Assembly: GCA_038750655.1 (NCBI GenBank)
Contig: JBCDGZ010000144.1
Span: 1-18,818, forward strand
Source of the DNA: Bacteroidota bacterium
GTDB taxonomy: Bacteria; Bacteroidota; Bacteroidia; Chitinophagales; Saprospiraceae
Direction: 5' to 3'
Length of the DNA stretch: 18,818 nucleotides
Part shown: positions 16,701-18,818 of the stretch, piece by piece
Position numbering within the stretch: position 1 is the first letter of the stretch
How the letters are laid out: each line of letters opens with the position of its first letter
The notes under the pieces: model-generated
Seen by the model: the letters and a program-made list of their open reading frames with translations, nothing else
The model's database searches: none
What the model was told of the DNA's origin: nothing
Translations under genes and position numbers: made by a program

Positions 16701-18632
16701 TCAACTTTTTAGGTGACGATCAAAGAAGCCCAGCATCAGCTTATACAGCTCGAAGCGGTTTTCTTCATTGTGGAAACCGTGTCCTTCGTTGTATTTGACC
16801 ATGTAGGGGACTTCGATGCCTCTGCCTCTGATTTCGCGTACAATTTGATCCGATTCATCGATATTGACTCGGGGATCGTTAGCACCTTGTACGACAAAAA
16901 GTGGGGCTTTGATCTTATCGGCATGTAGCGCCGGGGAGGCCGCGGCCATCTCCTCTTTATCTTGCTCAGGATTTCCGACCATCATGAACATCATTTCTTG
17001 GAAGGGTTTCCAGTAGGGAGGCATGGTTTTCATGAAAGTAAAGAGGTTGGAAACACCGACGTAGTCGACGCCGCAGGCGTAGAGATCGGGGGTGTAGGTC
17101 AGTCCGGCCAGGACGGCGTAGCCGCCGTAGCTTCCGCCGTAGATGCCTACCCGCTTCGGGTCGGCGATACCCTGCTCGATCAACCAGTGCACCCCATCAG
17201 TGATGTCGTCCTGCATGGTACGGCCCCATTGCTTGAAACTTTTTTCCCAAAAGTCGCGGCCATAGCCCGTGCTGCCTCGGAAGTTCATCTGCAAAACGGC
17301 GTAGCCGCGGCTGGCCAGCAGCTGAATTTCGGGATTGAAGCCCCAGTAATCTCGGAACCAGGGGCCGCCGTGGGGGTTGATGATGACGGGAAGATTTTGG
17401 GGGTCCAGGCCTTTGGGTAGGGTGAGGTAGCCGTTGATGGTGAGCCCGTCGCGGGAGGTGTAGCGGATGGGCTTCATCTCTGACATATCGGCCTCATCAA
17501 TCCAGGGGCTGACGTCGGCGATCTTTTGCAGCTCGTCCTTTTCTGCATCGTAGAAAATATAGCTGCCGAGAGAGCGATCGCTGTAAGTGCGGATCATAAA
17601 TTTATCCTCGGCCTTATTCATACTGGCGAATGAAATCTCGTGGTCGCCCAGCTGTTCCTCCAAACGCTTGTACAGGCTGGCCCGCTTTGGATCGAGAAAA
17701 TGATAGTTGCGTTTAGCCGTATTATACTGTATGGCGGTGAGTATCTTATGCTTTTTAGAGTAGGTCAGTTCTTCGACATCTACCTCGGGGTGAACAAACA
17801 GCGGAGGGCCGACCTCCTTGCCTGTAGCCATATCGAATTTGACAATGGCCAATTTATCCCGATTGAGGTTGGAGGCCGCATAGATAACACTTCCGTTATC
17901 AAAATCAAAGAACAGGGGCATAATTGACACCCTAAAGTCTGTGGTGATCACCTCGCGGAAGGGAGCATCTTCCGATTCGCGGTACATCAGCGTGTTGTTA
18001 GTACCGCCAGTAACCTTGTTGGCCAGCCGCAGTTGGCCATTGTGATCGGTCATCCAAATATCTATGGGCTCCTCGATATTAGCATTTTCGGCAATCTGCT
18101 CGTAGGCGCCGGTGTGAATATTGATGCGATAAGGTTCGAAGAGTTGCGGATTGTTCTTATTCATCTCAATCAACACTTCATCCTCAAAATCTTCGAGTTG
18201 ATCAATGATCTGAATGGTCACCTCCTTGAAAGGGGTAAGGTCTTTTGGATTGGCGCCATCCTTATCGACTGCGTAGAGCTGGAAATTTTCATCGCCACCG
18301 CTGTCTTTGACGTACAAGATTCGGTCATTACTCGCCCAAAAATAGCTGTTGATGCTACGATCCGTTTCGTGTGTAATTCGAACAGATGCTGCACTGCCTA
18401 TTTTTTGGACAAAAATATTTTGGCGTCTTTTGTAGGGACTCATGTAGCTGAAGTAATTGCCATCGGGAGAAAGCTGATAGCGAATACGCTCAGGATTTTT
18501 GAAAAAGTCTTCAACGGAATATTTATGATCCTGATGACTTGTACCAATGAGTGCTTTGAGTTCTTCGGAACTGTCCGGTAGCTTAGGGTCCCCCGGCAGT
18601 TGATGTTGAGGTTCTTTTACAATGGTTTCCAT
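16701..18632 (-). CDS. S9 family serine peptidase (prolyl oligopeptidase / dipeptidyl-peptidase-like) with N-terminal beta-propeller
   Basis: 643 aa. Catalytic Ser in GIYGGSYGGY (GxSxGG). The C-terminal alpha/beta-hydrolase carries Asp (…GANDPRV) and His (…NEGHGF). No signal peptide is evident. Confidence 0.9.
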   Translation of the reverse strand: METIVKEPQHQLPGDPKLPDSSEELKALIGTSHQDHKYSVEDFFKNPERIRYQLSPDGNYFSYMSPYKRRQNIFVQKIGSAASVRITHETDRSINSYFWASNDRILYVKDSGGDENFQLYAVDKDGANPKDLTPFKEVTIQIIDQLEDFEDEVLIEMNKNNPQLFEPYRINIHTGAYEQIAENANIEEPIDIWMTDHNGQLRLANKVTGGTNNTLMYRESEDAPFREVITTDFRVSIMPLFFDFDNGSVIYAASNLNRDKLAIVKFDMATGKEVGPPLFVHPEVDVEELTYSKKHKILTAIQYNTAKRNYHFLDPKRASLYKRLEEQLGDHEISFASMNKAEDKFMIRTYSDRSLGSYIFYDAEKDELQKIADVSPWIDEADMSEMKPIRYTSRDGLTINGYLTLPKGLDPQNLPVIINPHGGPWFRDYWGFNPEIQLLASRGYAVLQMNFRGSTGYGRDFWEKSFKQWGRTMQDDITDGVHWLIEQGIADPKRVGIYGGSYGGYAVLAGLTYTPDLYACGVDYVGVSNLFTFMKTMPPYWKPFQEMMFMMVGNPEQDKEEMAAASPALHADKIKAPLFVVQGANDPRVNIDESDQIVREIRGRGIEVPYMVKYNEGHGFHNEENRFELYKLMLGFFDRHLKS

Positions 18633-18818
18633 AGATTTGGGTACTGGTGTAAGTTTACTTTAACAGCTAATGTTTATTAATTAACGAGAATGTACTGTTT
18701 TTTTAGAGAAAAAGCACAGTAACTTCAGTAGTAATAATGTTAAAAAAATACTTTAGTTTACAGATTGAATAAAGATTAGAGGATTTTTGTAAAATATCCC
18801 TTATCTTTATCATTACAC

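Noticed and set aside
18633-18818. AT-rich region with weak inverted repeat (tactgttttttt…aaaaagcacagta)
   Set aside because: It is probably just the promoter region of the S9 peptidase gene. The stem is imperfect, and no clear feature can be supported from this partial edge sequence.

Overview
This window looks like a Bacteroidetes chromosomal region with mixed coding strands, about 50% GC. The phylum call rests on two secreted proteins ending in T9SS C-terminal sorting domains, TAnnTTTG-type -7 promoter boxes, and the absence of Shine-Dalgarno spacing. It opens with a bacterial type-A RNase P RNA gene (rnpB, about 174-591). Next come a convergent pair of T9SS-targeted proteins: a 412-aa possibly beta-propeller protein and a 1277-aa protein with a clan GH-A glycoside hydrolase core and eight alternating PKD-like domains. 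A minus-strand NfeD-like/flotillin (SPFH) operon follows, closed by a clean intrinsic terminator. After that come ordinary housekeeping genes: prs, rplY/ctc (L25), a nitrilase-superfamily amidase, an NlpC/P60 lipoprotein, and a tightly coupled adk-obg pair. The most unusual coding feature is the gene after obg (13836-15281). It fuses an AmgK/APH-like sugar-kinase domain to a RapZ-type C-terminal domain carrying the GCTGGxHRS motif. The window ends with a minus-strand cluster encoding a domain-less 201-aa protein, CvpA and an S9 peptidase. The 540-bp non-coding spacer at 11029-11569 has no ORF of 60 aa or longer. It contains an orphan intrinsic terminator and further hairpins, so it may hold a small RNA or a structured leader. 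No tRNA, rRNA, CRISPR, integrase or transposase was found.
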